A stretch of 63,585 nt of DNA, filler included, from Phoronis australis (taxonomy: Eukaryota > Animalia > Phoronida): assembly GCA_002633005.1 (NCBI GenBank). It is 4 parts of 4 records of this genome, joined end to end, with 100 filler letters (N's around TTAATTAATTAA, not from the genome) between each part and the next. Parts side by side here need not be neighbours in the genome. Positions count along the whole stretch, not along the records: positions 1 to 13,268 come from NMRA01001304.1; positions 13,369 to 43,816 come from NMRA01000611.1; 2 more parts are not named here. One strand, 5' to 3'. The notes beneath the pieces were generated by a model. The model ran no database searches and was not told the DNA's origin. It saw only the letters and a list, made by a program, of their open reading frames with translations. Position numbers and translations under genes: made by a program. This document shows positions 1 to 13,499 of the stretch, piece by piece (the stretch's first letter is position 1; the number at the start of each line of letters is the position of its first letter).

Positions 1-2616
1 GAGATTCGTCCAAGAATGAATTTTTTCTATTGGAATTAATTTTCAGTGTCCGAAAATCACGCGACTTTACCGTAGGCTTCCAAAATTGGATTCCTTGTGA
101 AAAGTTAGGTCTAGGCAAAAAAATACTCATAATAAAATTTGGTAAAAACGATACAATTGGACTATGTTAGAAAAGCAATTCGACCAGGACAGATGAAATC
201 ACTTGAAAGGTGTTCATTGTGGTGGATGTATTGGTATGCGAGTTGCGATGTGGGGCAAGACTGCACAATGCTAATGGACTAGATTTACATTTGGATTTGG
301 AAATCGCTGTCATCTGGAAACTAAACAAGATATACGTTCTTCCCAGCCGTCTCCCTTCTGGCAGGACTGTCCCGACTTTAGTTGAAAGTTTGTCCTGTTA
401 CCTGCCGCACCATCATGCATCATCGTACGTTTTTTGTGATTTTCCACACGATTTACCCTTCCCATTCAGCTACGTAAAGTGAAGAAAAAAACATTGTCGG
501 ATCGTTTCTCGGTATTGTAATAGACATTTTTTCCCCTGTGCTTTGGCATTGATCAGACTGTCCTGCTTTAGATTCAGGTTACCCTCTTTTTGCAACCTAG
601 CTGATGCCAACAGTGGAGATATTTGTACTGTCTGCAGAAATGAAGACTATTTTTTTCATCATTTATGTTGCACCGGCTTAATCCTCAAAAACCACTGGCA
701 AGTCTTTAGTTGGCTTGGCTCTGCCAGGCTCAAAGATGTGAAAACAATCACGTGACATTTCAAGAAGAAACTCTTGTAGCTGGGGGAAATTACACTGGCA
801 CTTAATCTAAATGTGATGTCAGCTTCCTGTTTCAGAGTGATTATAAATATGACTATTTCTTGTTGCACTTTGCACACAAACAGGAAACATTTACTAAGGG
901 AGGAAAAATCAATATAGAAGAATGCTTATTGTCTGTTCTTAAAACTGCCTTGATGGTACAAGCACCAACTCAGTAAGCATCTTTTTATTTGTTTTACGTC
1001 ATAAATGATATTAAATCAAAAGGACGCTTGCTGTCAGTATTTGTATTTAAGAACTACCTTGGTGGTACCATACAAGAAATTGGGCCCTTTTAGTTTGATT
1101 AATATCAAGTAGTTATCACTAGTTTTGTCAAAATGTCCTCAGTATCCAAAAATTCACTTTTAGTCCAACTAATTGCCTGAATATCCAGTTATGTTGCCAT
1201 TTTCCTAAGTGAGAATAAATGAGAAAGGTTAGTGAACTTGAGTCAAAAATTAGTGGTGTTAGATTTAAATTGTCCTGCTGAGGAACTACTAAGGCTGTGT
1301 TCCCTGTATGCAAGACACTTGCAAGGATGTGTGCTCACGTGCTTCTCTTGCAATGTATAGCGATGTCTCAGGAAGGCTTGTGATTTCACAAGGTTTTATG
1401 TCTAAGGAAGGCAGTCCAGACCTCAGGGTGGTGGCATTAATTTCGCAGGTTAACAGAATTAGAATTTCCCCACGTATTTGACGAAGTCATCCCTTTGTAA
1501 AAAAGCTTGGTTATTCTTTAATGTCAGAAATTTTAAGTCTTGCACTTTCAAGGATATTTACAGACTTGCATTCATCATTTTCTTCTGTGATTTTCTAAAA
1601 ATTCTGTACTTTGGGTGATGGTTGAATTCCATGGTTATATTAGCCCTTGTCTTAGTTCTTATTAATTGGAATATAATGTGTTGTGTAAATAGCCTTTCAG
1701 GATCATGTCATCTGATATCGATGTTTTCCATCCTTCTGCCATTAGGGTTAATTTGTCTGTATACTGCCTACTACACAGTGTGGTCACATTATTCTTGGTT
1801 TGAGATCAACGCTACCACTCTAGAACTTACTAAGCTTGTTTTCAAAGAGCATTTGATGTGAATGCAGTATCACATTGAAAGTATGTTAGTCTGACTACTA
1901 CACAACATGTTGTTCTTAATAAATGTGTAGTTTGTCATAACATAAAGAAAGAAAAAATTCTAGATTCAAAATTATATCGATATTGTTATCCTTGTGTAGT
2001 CACTTTGCATGCTGTAAGAACAGGTGGCTGTTAGTGGTTGATTGACCATGCAAGATGCATTAAACTAGCTCATGCAATGAAGCGGTCCATTTGTGCTTGA
2101 TATTGTCTTGATACTGAATATCTTGAGCATGGTCTCAAGGAATAACTAACCATCCATTTTTTCCAAACCCGTTGATCAGTTTAAATCTGGAACAAGTCAA
2201 GACCAGTTGGGAAATGGTCTTGCTCAAAAGTTTGCTTCCTCTAGATGTTTTAAAAATGGTGGTGTATTGTTGCAGCAAATATTATCAATCATTCTTGGAC
2301 TTACTAGAGAAATTAAATCAACGTTTCTTCGACCATTGCTGTCTTTTTAAGCTTTTGCAGAACCTGCTGGCATGTGTTGATCTTGAGACAAATGGCGGTA
2401 AGTTTGAACAAAATCCGGTCTCGCACATGTGATAGTCAGTTGAATCTCCGAGTCTCACACCTCTTCTGTTTAAAGCTCCCTGATGTTCTCATGACTGATG
2501 CATACCAACAGGTGTCGCAGAAGCTTGACGAAACATTGCTAGAATTTCTTGCATAAGTCCAGTTAAGACTTACCGACTGAAAATCTCCATCAACATGTTC
2601 AATTGCTGTATTCTAG

Positions 2617-2754
2617 TTCCTTCTCATCTTCCGAAAAGCCAAGGCAGGTGATCTGATGCAAGACAGTGGACTGTACGCATTATACCAGCAGCTGGAGGAG
2701 ATTGACGTGGACAAAGAAGGAGTGGGCGGAGCCAAAAACTTTTTTGAGGCAAAG
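2617..2754 (+). CDS. EFHD2: Internal exon of EF-hand domain protein D1/D2 (swiprosin-1) homolog
   Basis: ttctag|exon|gtaaca, 138 bp, phase 0-0. Translates FLLIFRKAKAGDLMQDSGLYALYQQLEEIDVDKEGVGGAKNFFEAK, matching the remembered EFHD segment FLLIFRKAAAGEL..DSGL..LA.LSEIDV..EGV.GAK.FFEAK. Other exons not found in this contig; EFHD1 vs EFHD2 not resolvable. Confidence 0.93.
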
Positions 2755-4460
2755 GTAACATCATTCTTTAAGGGCATCGTTGTCAGTTAAGACCTAACTG
2801 TGCGTTACCTTGGTTGAAAATACCATAAACCACATGCTAGTGTCACATTGGCCTCTTGTACTGCTCATTTCACTACCACCAACTGTGAATGCTTCTTATT
2901 TGTTGGTATTACAATAGGCATTTGCCACAGTGGCTTTACTTTTACTTGGTTTCTTTTATTTGGAGATTATTAAACAGAGATGTGTGTGTGTGTCTGTGAT
3001 AACTAATACCCATCCATGGCAACATTCTTTGTCCTCTCTCTCTCTCTCTCTTTTGACCATTTTAGACAATGCGGACTATTCGGACATTAAATCCGTTGTT
3101 GGAAATTGAACTTTTTCGTTGTGTGAACGGCGAAAAATGTTAACCAGAACTGAAAAGATAAAAAGGCACATTGCAAATGATGTTTGATGTTCCTTTGTTG
3201 ATTCCTTCCAACCTCTACTGTGCAACGTGCCTCAGCAACACAATGGGGCAACTTACATCACAGTGTCATCATTTTTACACCCACAAAGGTGAAATTTGAA
3301 TGGAGGTCCCATTTGCTCCTCCAAAGAATTGCCATCTTTTTGTATCCTTGTTTGAATTGAACATGACATGGGAATAGCATTTACAGACTTTGCTACACCA
3401 AGATTATGCTAGGTGAGGTGCTTCACCCCCTCTCCTTCAGCAGCCCGGGGCTTTGTTAAAGTATTGAGCCTGTAATTATTTCTACCAGATTGGAAACACA
3501 AAGGGTATAGTAATGCGCTGTCTACAGATGGCCAGGGATAGTGAAGTATAATTTGTAAACACAACATATAACAGTGATTTTCCATTAAGGCATTCTCCTG
3601 TTCAGTGACTTTACCAGACATAGAGCAGTTGTGAGTGTGTGATAACTTCTAGCTCTTTTGTCAACTGCCCAGCACAGTCTTTCATTATCTGGTATGACAA
3701 CATCCAGGCTAATTATCTACGAGGCTTATTACCGACCACGTGTGAACACAGTCAAACCCAGTGCGTCAGGTACGATCGGACAGAATAGATTGTCTTAACT
3801 TTGGTTATTGGGTGATTTTGGTGATTCAAAAACTAAACGTGATCAGCATTTGACGAGAAATTCAGAAATGTTATTGGTTTATGTTCAAACATTTTATAAC
3901 TTAACTTTTATTTTTAACAGCACAACCCAGTCATACAATCTTATCGGAGATTAGAGCAATTATCGAACAAATAAGAGCTGACTCTCTAACCATATAGGCC
4001 AGAATGGACTTAATTAGTCGCGTAAGATATTGGCTACAGCAGTCATCCGCTCAACTTGTTGTTGTGCTATACAACTGAACAAGTTGCATTCAACATGTGA
4101 CAGGAGAACGCTGTAATGCCACTAGAGGTGAAACTTTGCTTTGATATCGCTGTTTAGTGAGAAATTAAGTTTAATCTAAGTTCTCCTAATGGGAAAGCAC
4201 CTTAAGTCAAGAATTGGTTATAACAAAATGCTTGGCCACACTGATTCAGTGCTTGAAATTTTTGTCACCCATCATAACACGCGGACACATAGAGTATGGA
4301 TAATATTGAATTACATGTTGGAAAATAGATTATTGTGCAGCCTATAGTGCATAGGGGAACATGGCTGTTTTTTGAAAAAAAACAGGAGTTTTCATTTTCA
4401 TACAATTTAAGCTATGTCTGGATCAGGATATACTTTTTTGTAAAAGGTCTTTGCTATCTT

Positions 4461-5615
4461 TATTACTTGGCGAAATAAATTTCGCCAAGTATGTTGCTCT
4501 TCCATCAAGTTTGTTTTTTTTTGTTTGTTCGCACGATACAGGTCGCAATTTTCGTCCGATCATCATGAAATTTTACACATAACACGTAGTTCCTGGAAGC
4601 CTATTGTTTTTCGTCATAATCGGAGCCAAGATGGCGGCTGTGGCGGCCATTTTGTTTTCATTTTAAGATTCAAAGGCTGCTGGAGGCTACAATTTTTTAC
4701 GTACAGGTTTGAAACGTAGCACAATTGAAGGACCAGATGTGCACTACATGTGTACCGGAAATTGTATACTTCCGTTTAAAGATGGCGGAAATATTGGCAT
4801 TCGCGCATGCGCACCTCGATTTCGGGAAAAAAACGTTTTCTCCTGTAGAGGGCGCAATATAGGGCCAATTTCTTTGAATTTTTGCAGTTATTATTTTTTT
4901 ATGACTTGCTATTATACAAAGCCAAAAAACCGGAAGTTGCTTTCAAGATGGCGGATCTGGCGCATGTTGACCTTTTTTCAGTCGTGCTGGGATGCCACTT
5001 AAACGGGAGGAGAAAATGACGTGAATTTTTTACTTTAAATTTCTTTAAAAACGCAAAATTTCATTTTTTTGAGAAAATTTACGGAATTAGGCGATACCAT
5101 CACTTTAGATAGAGTTTTGAACGGGCTTTCAGAAGATGTTTTCCATTTTTCGCTACGTGGTCTACTTTTCGAGTTATTTGAGATTTTCTGATAACGCTGT
5201 TCCTTTGTTGATCGCTCATGCTGCATTGATGTTGGTTTAGCTTCTATTGAACTAGACGGTAGCCTATTTCTTATGGATTTATGACATCTAAGTTCGTCAT
5301 ATGAATGTTATGATGTTATTCATAATCGCCACCACCATTATCATATTCATCATCTTCGTCATCATCTCCGACGTCGCCTTTTCTTCAGTTAATTTCACCA
5401 AGTGTCGCTCAAGACTGTAGCTTATTTCTTAGTGATTTCTGACATCTACGTTCGTCATATGAATGATATCATAACTTGCATTGTCCATCATTGTCACCAT
5501 CGTAGTCATAGCTGTCATCTTCGTCATCATCTCTGTCGTCGTCTTTTCTCATCATCTCTAACGTGTTTTTATTGGTTAATTTCGCCAAGTTTCGCTCCTC
5601 GGAGCGCTTTCATTT
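4461..5615 (+). mobile_element. Non-autonomous Helentron/HINE (DINE-1-like) element
   Basis: 5' palindrome tacttggcgaaat-aa-atttcgccaagta (4464-4491). 3' sub-terminal repeat aatttcgccaagt (to 5590) is followed by hairpin cgctcc-tc-ggagcg and a T-rich end. Internal duplication near 5260-5590. Confidence 0.7.
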
Positions 5616-6017
5616 TGCTTTGTTTGTTCTTCATCAGAGGTTGCATATGTGTTGCATTGTTGTGTCAGAAATACGTGAGCAAAAATGAGTTGTTATCAAG
5701 GATAACCCAGTTAAAAGTACACAGTGCAAATTATGATGTTTCTCATATTATCGTATCTCAGGTTGTGTTGAAGGACGAATAGTCTGACACATCAAACTGT
5801 TAGTGACAATTGTTATCATTTATTGACTGAGCTATTACTGTGGGGTTAAAACAGGGAGTTAGAGTGTAAATATTTACATAGGGCAGTAGAGTTGAGCTGA
5901 GTAATTAAAACCACTTGTAAATGTGTGAGGGCATTCGTTTTTCTGCCTGATAACGTTTCAAATGTTATTCTGAAATATTTTTAAACAATGTAATGGCCAT
6001 AGCCTTATGTACAAGGC

Positions 6018-6396
6018 CATACATGCCAAGAATTGCACCATGAAAAGAATCCTATGTTGACACCCTCACTAGTTGAGATTGGGCAACTGGACTGGTTTGC
6101 TTACCTCGGAATCTGCCGTATTGATCAAAGACACCATGCTGTTGCAGTTAATTACATCGCCGCAGGCTGCTGATATTTCCTTTCTCTAGATAGACCCATC
6201 ATAAACGCACTGGGGGTGACAATAGTATTTATAAATTTTCATTTCGAAAGTTTTTAAATAACATATTCGAATAGATTGTGAAAATTGGACAAGAAATGTA
6301 ACTTTTACAACCTAAAACGTTTGTATAATGTTGCCATATCATGTTCCTTATTACATTCGTGAGCCAAGTGTCATCGTATGATTCTTGGCATGTATG
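6018..6396. mobile_element. MITE-like element (~380 bp)
   Basis: Perfect 16-bp TIR catacatgccaagaat / attcttggcatgtatg, extending imperfectly to ~27 bp; TSD unclear. Confidence 0.55.
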
Positions 6397-7104
6397 AGGA
6401 TACTTTGTTTACCTCAAAATCCAACTGCTACCTGCTGATTTGGTAATTAGCCCAATTATGTTGCACACCCAGCAGAATTAATGAGAAGCAACAGGTTTTA
6501 GCTTGTAAAACCCACATTTCATGTCTGAGTTTCAAAATTCAAAATCTTATGTACAGCACACATCACGAATTTTTGGCCGACCGGTCGGAAATTGGTCGAC
6601 GACCGGCTGTTGACTGGTCGTCTAGCCGACCAGCAGCCGACCAACAACGGTCGGCTAGGAGCCGTCTGCTTAGTCGCCTCTGTGGTCGGCACTTGGGTCG
6701 GCTAATTGGTCGCCTAGCGTAGACGACCAATTCGGATTAAGCGTGTCCTTGGTCGGCAATTACCATTTTATGACTTAGCGGGTGAACTTTGGACAAACAA
6801 ATATTTAACTGTTCGCTGTTCGTTTACCAGTGGCAACTCCGGTCTTGACATCGGTTTATCAAATTTTGTTCAACTATTAAATGGAGGTAAAATCGAATCA
6901 ACCTACAAATACGAAGTGCATGGCCTTACACAAGCCGAAAACCTTATGTTGAATTAATGACGGCGTGGTAAAATCAAACGTTAAGTGACATAGCGGAAAA
7001 ATAATTTCTAACTTTAGATATCAGACTTTTTATGCAGTGCATTATGCATAAAAACAAACACTAAATTTGAAATTTACAGCAAAATTGCATAAAAATCAGA
7101 ATAC

Positions 7105-7341
7105 AACACTGGATATTTTACGACCTCAAATGTTTTCATGCCGCAGATTGCTCAACAAGCAGCACGCATTTGCGCTCATCCGTTATTGCTCTTGATCATC
7201 ACTTCATCACGCTGTATATTGCNAACACTGGATATTTTACGACCTCAAATGTTTTCATGCCGCGGATTGCTCAACAAGCAGCACGCATTTGCGCTCATCA
7301 GTTATTGCTCTTGAGCATCACTTCATCACGCTGTATATTGC
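7105..7341. repeat. 118-bp direct duplication across a single N (probable assembly overlap)
   Basis: 7105-7222 is repeated at 7224-7341 with ~3 substitutions; N at 7223. Confidence 0.8.
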
Positions 7342-8566
7342 GCTTTACCACAGATAATTATTATTTCTGTATAATTTCTTAATATGTTGGTACAGCAATA
7401 GAACCCAAGTTTATTTTAGGAACGATATAAACAATGGTTTGAACATAGCGCCGATATTAAATCATTTGGGCATGAAAACGGAAGACTGTGATCGGTTTAT
7501 AGTGTAATCCATCATCCATCATCATTCTGAAATTGTTGTCACTTTCGCAGTAAAAAACTTTTCGAAGCTAGAGCCTTCCTATCTAGCCAGCTAGCTGTGA
7601 AGACTATTTTCAAAATACAGCAAGGTGCCACTGCGTATTGAGCTTAAACAGACCTCGAAATTTCACACAGCCCGGATAGTTACATGTACAGATGTACGCT
7701 TGTCACCTCGTCGAAAAGCTTGTATCAACATGAGCTCAAGACCGGCCAGTTTGCATGCAAACTCTGGAAGCCAATTGGCATTCAAGTTGCCCGTTACGGC
7801 CGTTTAAACGAAAAACATCCGACGTCATCTTCTTGCGTAATTCTCTGCCTTTTGTAACGAAAAAACGTATGTCGTCGTTTTGAAAAGAGTTCATTCGTGA
7901 CACGCGCCACTTTCAAAATGTTTTCGACATCTCCCATTATATGGTGACAACATCTCAGCAAAATTTGGTGCACTGATATCAAAATTCCAAAAACATATAA
8001 TGAAGTGAAACCAATTCTGATCATTTGTCTTGACGTTTACGCAACCTCGGGGGAGAACGTTTGATTGAAGAATCTGGGAAAAAGAAACTGACTAATAGGT
8101 GACGCAATATTTTATTGCGTCGAAAGTCGACGCAAAAGGTTAAACCCTAATTTTAGCAGCAGAATAATTGTAGAAAACCAAATTTTGCAACGTTGGTAAA
8201 TAATTTAGATTATTCTAGGAAGATTTTATTCGGTCAGTTATTACCCACAACGGCGCAAATTTGTATATTTAATTTAGTAAACACCTTCGCACCAAGGCTA
8301 GAGCCTTCCGAGCCCTTTGGCGTAAGAACACGATTATTGGCGTTTCGCGTATACTCCAGGGGGTAAAACTTTGAAAATAATATTTTCGGGGTAACCTGGT
8401 ACAGGTAATCCTAAAAAACTAACTTGTCTGTGTTTTCATGTAGCGCGTAAAAATTATCAATCCAGTGATTCAAAAAGAACACTCTCGCAAACGAAAACGC
8501 ACAAAATTTTCAACTCTATTACCCTGGTTAAAAAACAACTTCTATAAGTTTATTGCATCGGATTCT

Positions 8567-9810
8567 AGTGATCACCAGGGCAAGTCAAAACTTTTAAGGG
8601 GGCGCAATTTCAAACCTTTGGCATGAATCAGTGATATAAAAATGGAATTAGACCGACATTAATTCATCAGCAATGTAGACACAACAGTTACAGACACTGA
8701 CTGCGTTTGCTAACGTCTTGTGGCAATGATAAAAATAAATGTTTCTACTATGATTGATAACAAGTTTTGCTCTGATGAGGTATGATGCAATATACATGTC
8801 TAATATGCAGATCGGCAGTTGCAAAAATATTTACTTGATTTAATGAATCCGTTTGATATGAACCACTGTAAAAGTATGAGTACTAATTGTACATTCGAAG
8901 CACGCCTCATTAGAAAAGAAACATACACACACATGCTTGATGATCCTGGGAGTACCTCTAGGCATGAATGAAGATATATAGTTGTTAAGCCATAGAGGAC
9001 AGTAAGGGTTACATAATATCACACTGAGCCATCTACACCAGGCATATACAAAGGATACAGTATTTCAAAAGAATCCACAACTACTCATTTTTCATAGTCA
9101 TAACTACTAATTTTTTCATAGTATTACTAAATCACGAACACCTAGATTTATATAAGAAGTTACACAGAACGCTGCTACACAACTTGCTNAGTGATCACCA
9201 GGGCAAGTCAAAACTCTTAAGGGGGCGCAATTTCAAGCCTTTGGCATGAATCAGTGATATAAAAACGGAATTGGACCGACTTTAATTCATCAGCAATGTA
9301 GACACAACAGTTACAGACACTGACTGCGTTTGTTAACGTCTTGTGGCAATGATAAATATAAATGTTTCTACTATGATTGATAACAAGTTTAACTCTGATG
9401 AGGTATGATGCAATATACATGTCTAATATGCAGATCGGCAGTTGCAAAAATATTTACTGGATTTAATGAATCCGTTTGATATGAACCACTGTAAAAGTAT
9501 GATTACTAATTGTACATTCGAAGCACGCCTCATTAGCATAAAAACATACACACACATGCTTGATGATCCTGGGAGTACCTCTAGGCATGAATGAAGATAT
9601 ATAGTTGTTAAGCCATAGAGGATAATAAGGCTTACATAATATCACACTGAGCCATCTACACCAGGCATATACAAAGGATACAGTATTTCAAAAGAATCCA
9701 CAACTACTCATTTTTCATAGTCATAACTACCCATTTTTCATAGTATTACTAAATCACGAACACCTAGATTTATATAATAAGTTACACAGAACGCTGCTAC
9801 ACAACTTGCT
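8567..9810. repeat. ~620-bp direct duplication across a single N (probable assembly overlap)
   Basis: 8567-9188 is repeated from 9190; N at 9189. Gives the twin ORFs 8840-9022 and 9463-9645. Confidence 0.8.
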
Positions 9811-12240
9811 CTCTCACATTTATGGGAGGCCTAATTTGCAACATTTAACAACATAATTACTAAATCACGAACACCTAGATTTATATAAGAAGTTACACAG
9901 AACGCTGCTACACAACTTGCTCTCTCACATTGATGGGAGGTCTAATTTGCAACATTTAACAACATATATTTTCTATACAAGATTAAAACCAAGCAAAACA
10001 TGTTAACTCTCCAGGACCAAAGATGAATATCTCAAAACCAGAAATTTTACTTAAGCAGGAATTAAAACAATCCAACACATTGAGATTGTTTTCACACAGA
10101 AGACCAAAAAAAAAACAAATAAAGACTAAAATTCACCACTTCAAAACTGTAGTGGTGTTACACAACCGACGTGAACTCATGTAACCGAGACAGCAAAACT
10201 AGGTTAATTTATTTGACCCTGTGCTAAGACGAATATGCATCGACACGCAAAGTGGTATCAGCCTGACAACCTATTACGCAACTGCTACTCTAGCCTAACA
10301 ATAGCAGCCGACCAGCTGGTCGTCTGATGGCCGGTCGGCTAAAGGGTCGGCTGAAGGGTCGGCTGTGGGGTAGCCTTATGAGTCGGCACTGCGGGCGGCT
10401 GCCGGTCGGCTAATTTTTAGCCGACCGGTCGGCTAATTTGCCGACCGGTCGACGGCCGGTCGTCGACCAATTTCCGACCGGTCGGCCAAAAATTCGTGAT
10501 GTGTGCTGTATGTGGTTACATAACCGTCTGCGATGTCAAATCAGGAAGACCGATGTGTATTGCAATGGCTACAGGCAGCCAAACCTCCAAATTTTTGCTT
10601 GCTTCATTTGATAAGTTCCTTTCAACTCCATTTGTTGGCACAATTATATTGTTTTTCGCCAAGGAGATGTAAATACCAGTGTATCACAGATAATCAAGCC
10701 TAATACAAAGTATTGCAGTTTTCATTTTTTTCATTTTCAGCAGTCAGTAAAAGGCTGCCGCCTTTTAATTTAACCACGTACATGTATGCAATTCAAATTT
10801 GAGTGGAGGTGGCAATCTCAATTACAGAATTACAAGAACACTTGAAATGGAAATCCAGTGAACTTGTTTTTTTAAATTCATGTGTTAATCTATTGAATTA
10901 ATAATAAACCGACGGCAACAAGAAATACTGCCAGTGAACATATTGATTCAGCCGTTCATTACGGCAAGTTAATTCTGTCATGCTTTGATCACTGAGTCAT
11001 AGAAATCACTGAACAGATCAGAGGACGATTATGATTTAATCCACAGTTCAAATTAAAATCAAGTGCTTTCAGTTGGATCTATATATTTGGTTTCTACAGT
11101 GAAAGACTTTCAAGGTAGTTGAAGGTTACCGCTACTGTACATACATGTAAGTCACAACTGAAATAATCTCAGTACAGTAAATGAAAAATGCTGAATGACT
11201 CATAATAGTAGGTATATATCTTTCCCACTAAATTTCATCATAAATTGTTGATGAAAATAAGTTACAGTGTATGCACGTATTAAACTTGTAACTTATGCCG
11301 CTGTTGTCCAAGATGGCCAACCCGATCCAAACAAATGACTTAAATTTCGCCACCCAAATTGCAATAATTGTGCAGTGCTTAACCCGATTTCGACAATTTT
11401 TCAATCTATATTGAGTGGGATGCATTGTCTTTCCAATTATATTGAAGCATCCATGTCGAAAATCGACGTGGCAAGTGATGGAAAATTGTGTCCTTTGTTA
11501 CAAAATTTTAACTCAATTTTAAGAAAGGGGTGTACTGGTTATGTCTAGTGTCGATAGAGCATGACTTGTGGTTCTTACAATGCATTAATCGTGTTGAATG
11601 CATTTATATTAAGTGGCCTCATTGAGTTGAACAGGAAATAAATTAAACGTGTAGTAGAGTAGTGGAGAATAACTCGACATGGTAGCAGCGTTGTGTTGTG
11701 TTGTGGACAGTCTCGGTCCGTCAGTGAGATGGTTGTATTCAATAACTAAGTGTGGAACACTCAATTACACTAGTAAAGCAACTGTCAGTAGCAAGATGAG
11801 GACTGTCTTTATTAGACAAGTGAACGGATTTATATACAAGTCACAAATATGTGGGTTGCATGCACCAAACCTTATGATTCAATATTCTACAGGAAAAAAC
11901 AGGAAGCAATTCTAAGAACTTTCACAACAATCATCTGAACTACTATGCTGTGTTTTCCATATATGGTAATGGTCAGCTGTCTTTAGGCAATGTTTCTGTG
12001 AATGACCATTACGCAATCTTGTTTACTACAGAGATCATCAAAACATGTGTGGATGCACCGGATGGGTTGGTCGCTGACTCAGCTGACTGCCAAAACAAGT
12101 TTCTATAAACAAAAACAATTGGCTAGCAAAGAAATAATATCAATAAGTAATAACACTATCAAACTAATGTGCTAAGAATTATATGTATCATGAATGTCAC
12201 AGATTTCATGACACTCCCGCGCCGCAATAAAGCTGAATAT

Positions 12241-13268
12241 TTAGCCAGCATTTTTATCGTTTTCCATGTAATAATGACGTATGTAATGTCCCTTTGTGTA
12301 GTTATCATGATGTACAGGCTCAGTAAAATCGCGGGCAAGTTGGTTGACAATTATCTTGCTGTAGGTCTGCCGGGTATTGTCATCAAGACGTTTCACCATG
12401 GAACGAGTTCTGTTCCGGGCAATGTAGTAATTAGTAGGCAATGGTGGATGATCGTCCTTCCATGGTAGTTTCGCAGTGTATTTTCCGTCACGATCGTGAG
12501 TAATACCACGGTTACGGTAGCTATTGAAATCAAAGGGCGTCTCTGTCGTAGGGTCTTTGATTCCAATCGTTTCAAGGTCCCAGTATTGGGTGGCAGGGTC
12601 TGGCTCCTCTTGGAGAATTCTCATACAGGTGATGTTCGCATGAGTGATCGGCGTTCCATTGCATTGTAGACGGGTGGGACCTGACAATAGGTAGCCCAGT
12701 TTGGAAGCGACGGCTGTTGGTCCTGAACCTCTGATTGTGGTGTCGCCAACAATTGACCAGTAACCGTCGGCACCAATCAGCAAATCAATTTCAATCATCG
12801 ACTCAGCAGGGGAGTTAATGGGCAAACATTGTAAATAGTCAAAGCAGTTAACCGTAGTTGGCACGTAATTCTTCACAGGCGTAGAAATTGTCGGGACAAT
12901 GACAGCAGACAGTTGTACGTTACCATGTTGAGTTTTCAGCTCGAATGTAGTCATTGGAAGTATCTGAAGTTGGGCATTAGACTCTCCGAAAGTGGATAGG
13001 TTGATAGTCTCTCTAGGAGCGTGGTCTGTGTCAACATGTAGGCGCTGGGCGGCCCTGACAGTTAGAAATGTTCGTTGTGAACCCTCATCAAATAAAACAT
13101 TTACCTTAGTCCAATGCCCCTCTCTCTCAATTGTGGCAGCGGCAGTCTTCAACAAAACTGGCCCTGCTGTGGGTGCCAGGTTCACCTGGGCATCTCGAGT
13201 AGTACTCGGTGGGTAGGTAGTGGACGTGACTTCGTTTTTCGGTTGGCTGGCTTCTGATCTGTTGTCGG
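12241..13268 (-). pseudogene. BEL/Pao LTR retrotransposon polyprotein fragment (aspartic protease and linker to RT)
   Basis: ORF motifs VLLKTA, LFDEGSQRTF, IDLLIGAD.YW, GPTAVASKLGYLLSGP, WDLETIGI, LPWK..HPPLPTNY..A..R, HYI.H. Truncated before the RT core and by the contig end. Confidence 0.9.
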
Positions 13269-13368
13269 NNNNNNNNNNNNNNNNNNNNNNNNNNNNNNNN
13301 NNNNNNNNNNNNTTAATTAATTAANNNNNNNNNNNNNNNNNNNNNNNNNNNNNNNNNNNNNNNNNNNN
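13269..13368. other. Artificial contig spacer
   Basis: N44-TTAATTAATTAA-N44 (stops in all six frames). Confidence 0.97.
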
Positions 13369-13499
13369 TTGCCGTTGCCGTTGCCGTTGCCGTTTTAAAA
13401 AAACCAAAGCGCATTTTCAGTGTTTTGACGACAATTACATCGCCAGTCAACCATATGCATGCTTTTTAGCATCATGTACAAGGGTGATTGTTTTGTTGG

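Larger units (their letters stand above)
6552..10510. mobile_element. Non-autonomous TIR DNA transposon, EnSpm/CACTA-like
   Basis: ~55-bp perfect TIR tacagcacacatcacgaatttttggccgaccggtcggaaattggtcgacgaccggc. Dense GGTCGG/CCGACC sub-terminal repeats at 6575-6760 and 10300-10490. Flanked by tg/tg (or TA TSD if the ends are 6554/10508). No coding capacity seen. Confidence 0.85.

Noticed and set aside
210-2556. Short ORFs at the window start and most other 60-130-aa ORFs in the track
   Set aside because: No recognisable motifs, many non-ATG starts; expected by chance in intronic or TE DNA.
11570-11900. Possible LTR for the BEL/Pao fragment (minus-strand AATAAA ... CA)
   Set aside because: No second LTR, PPT or PBS identified.
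13269-13368. TTAATTAATTAA palindrome inside N runs (three times)
   Set aside because: Identical 100-bp layout each time; artificial linker.
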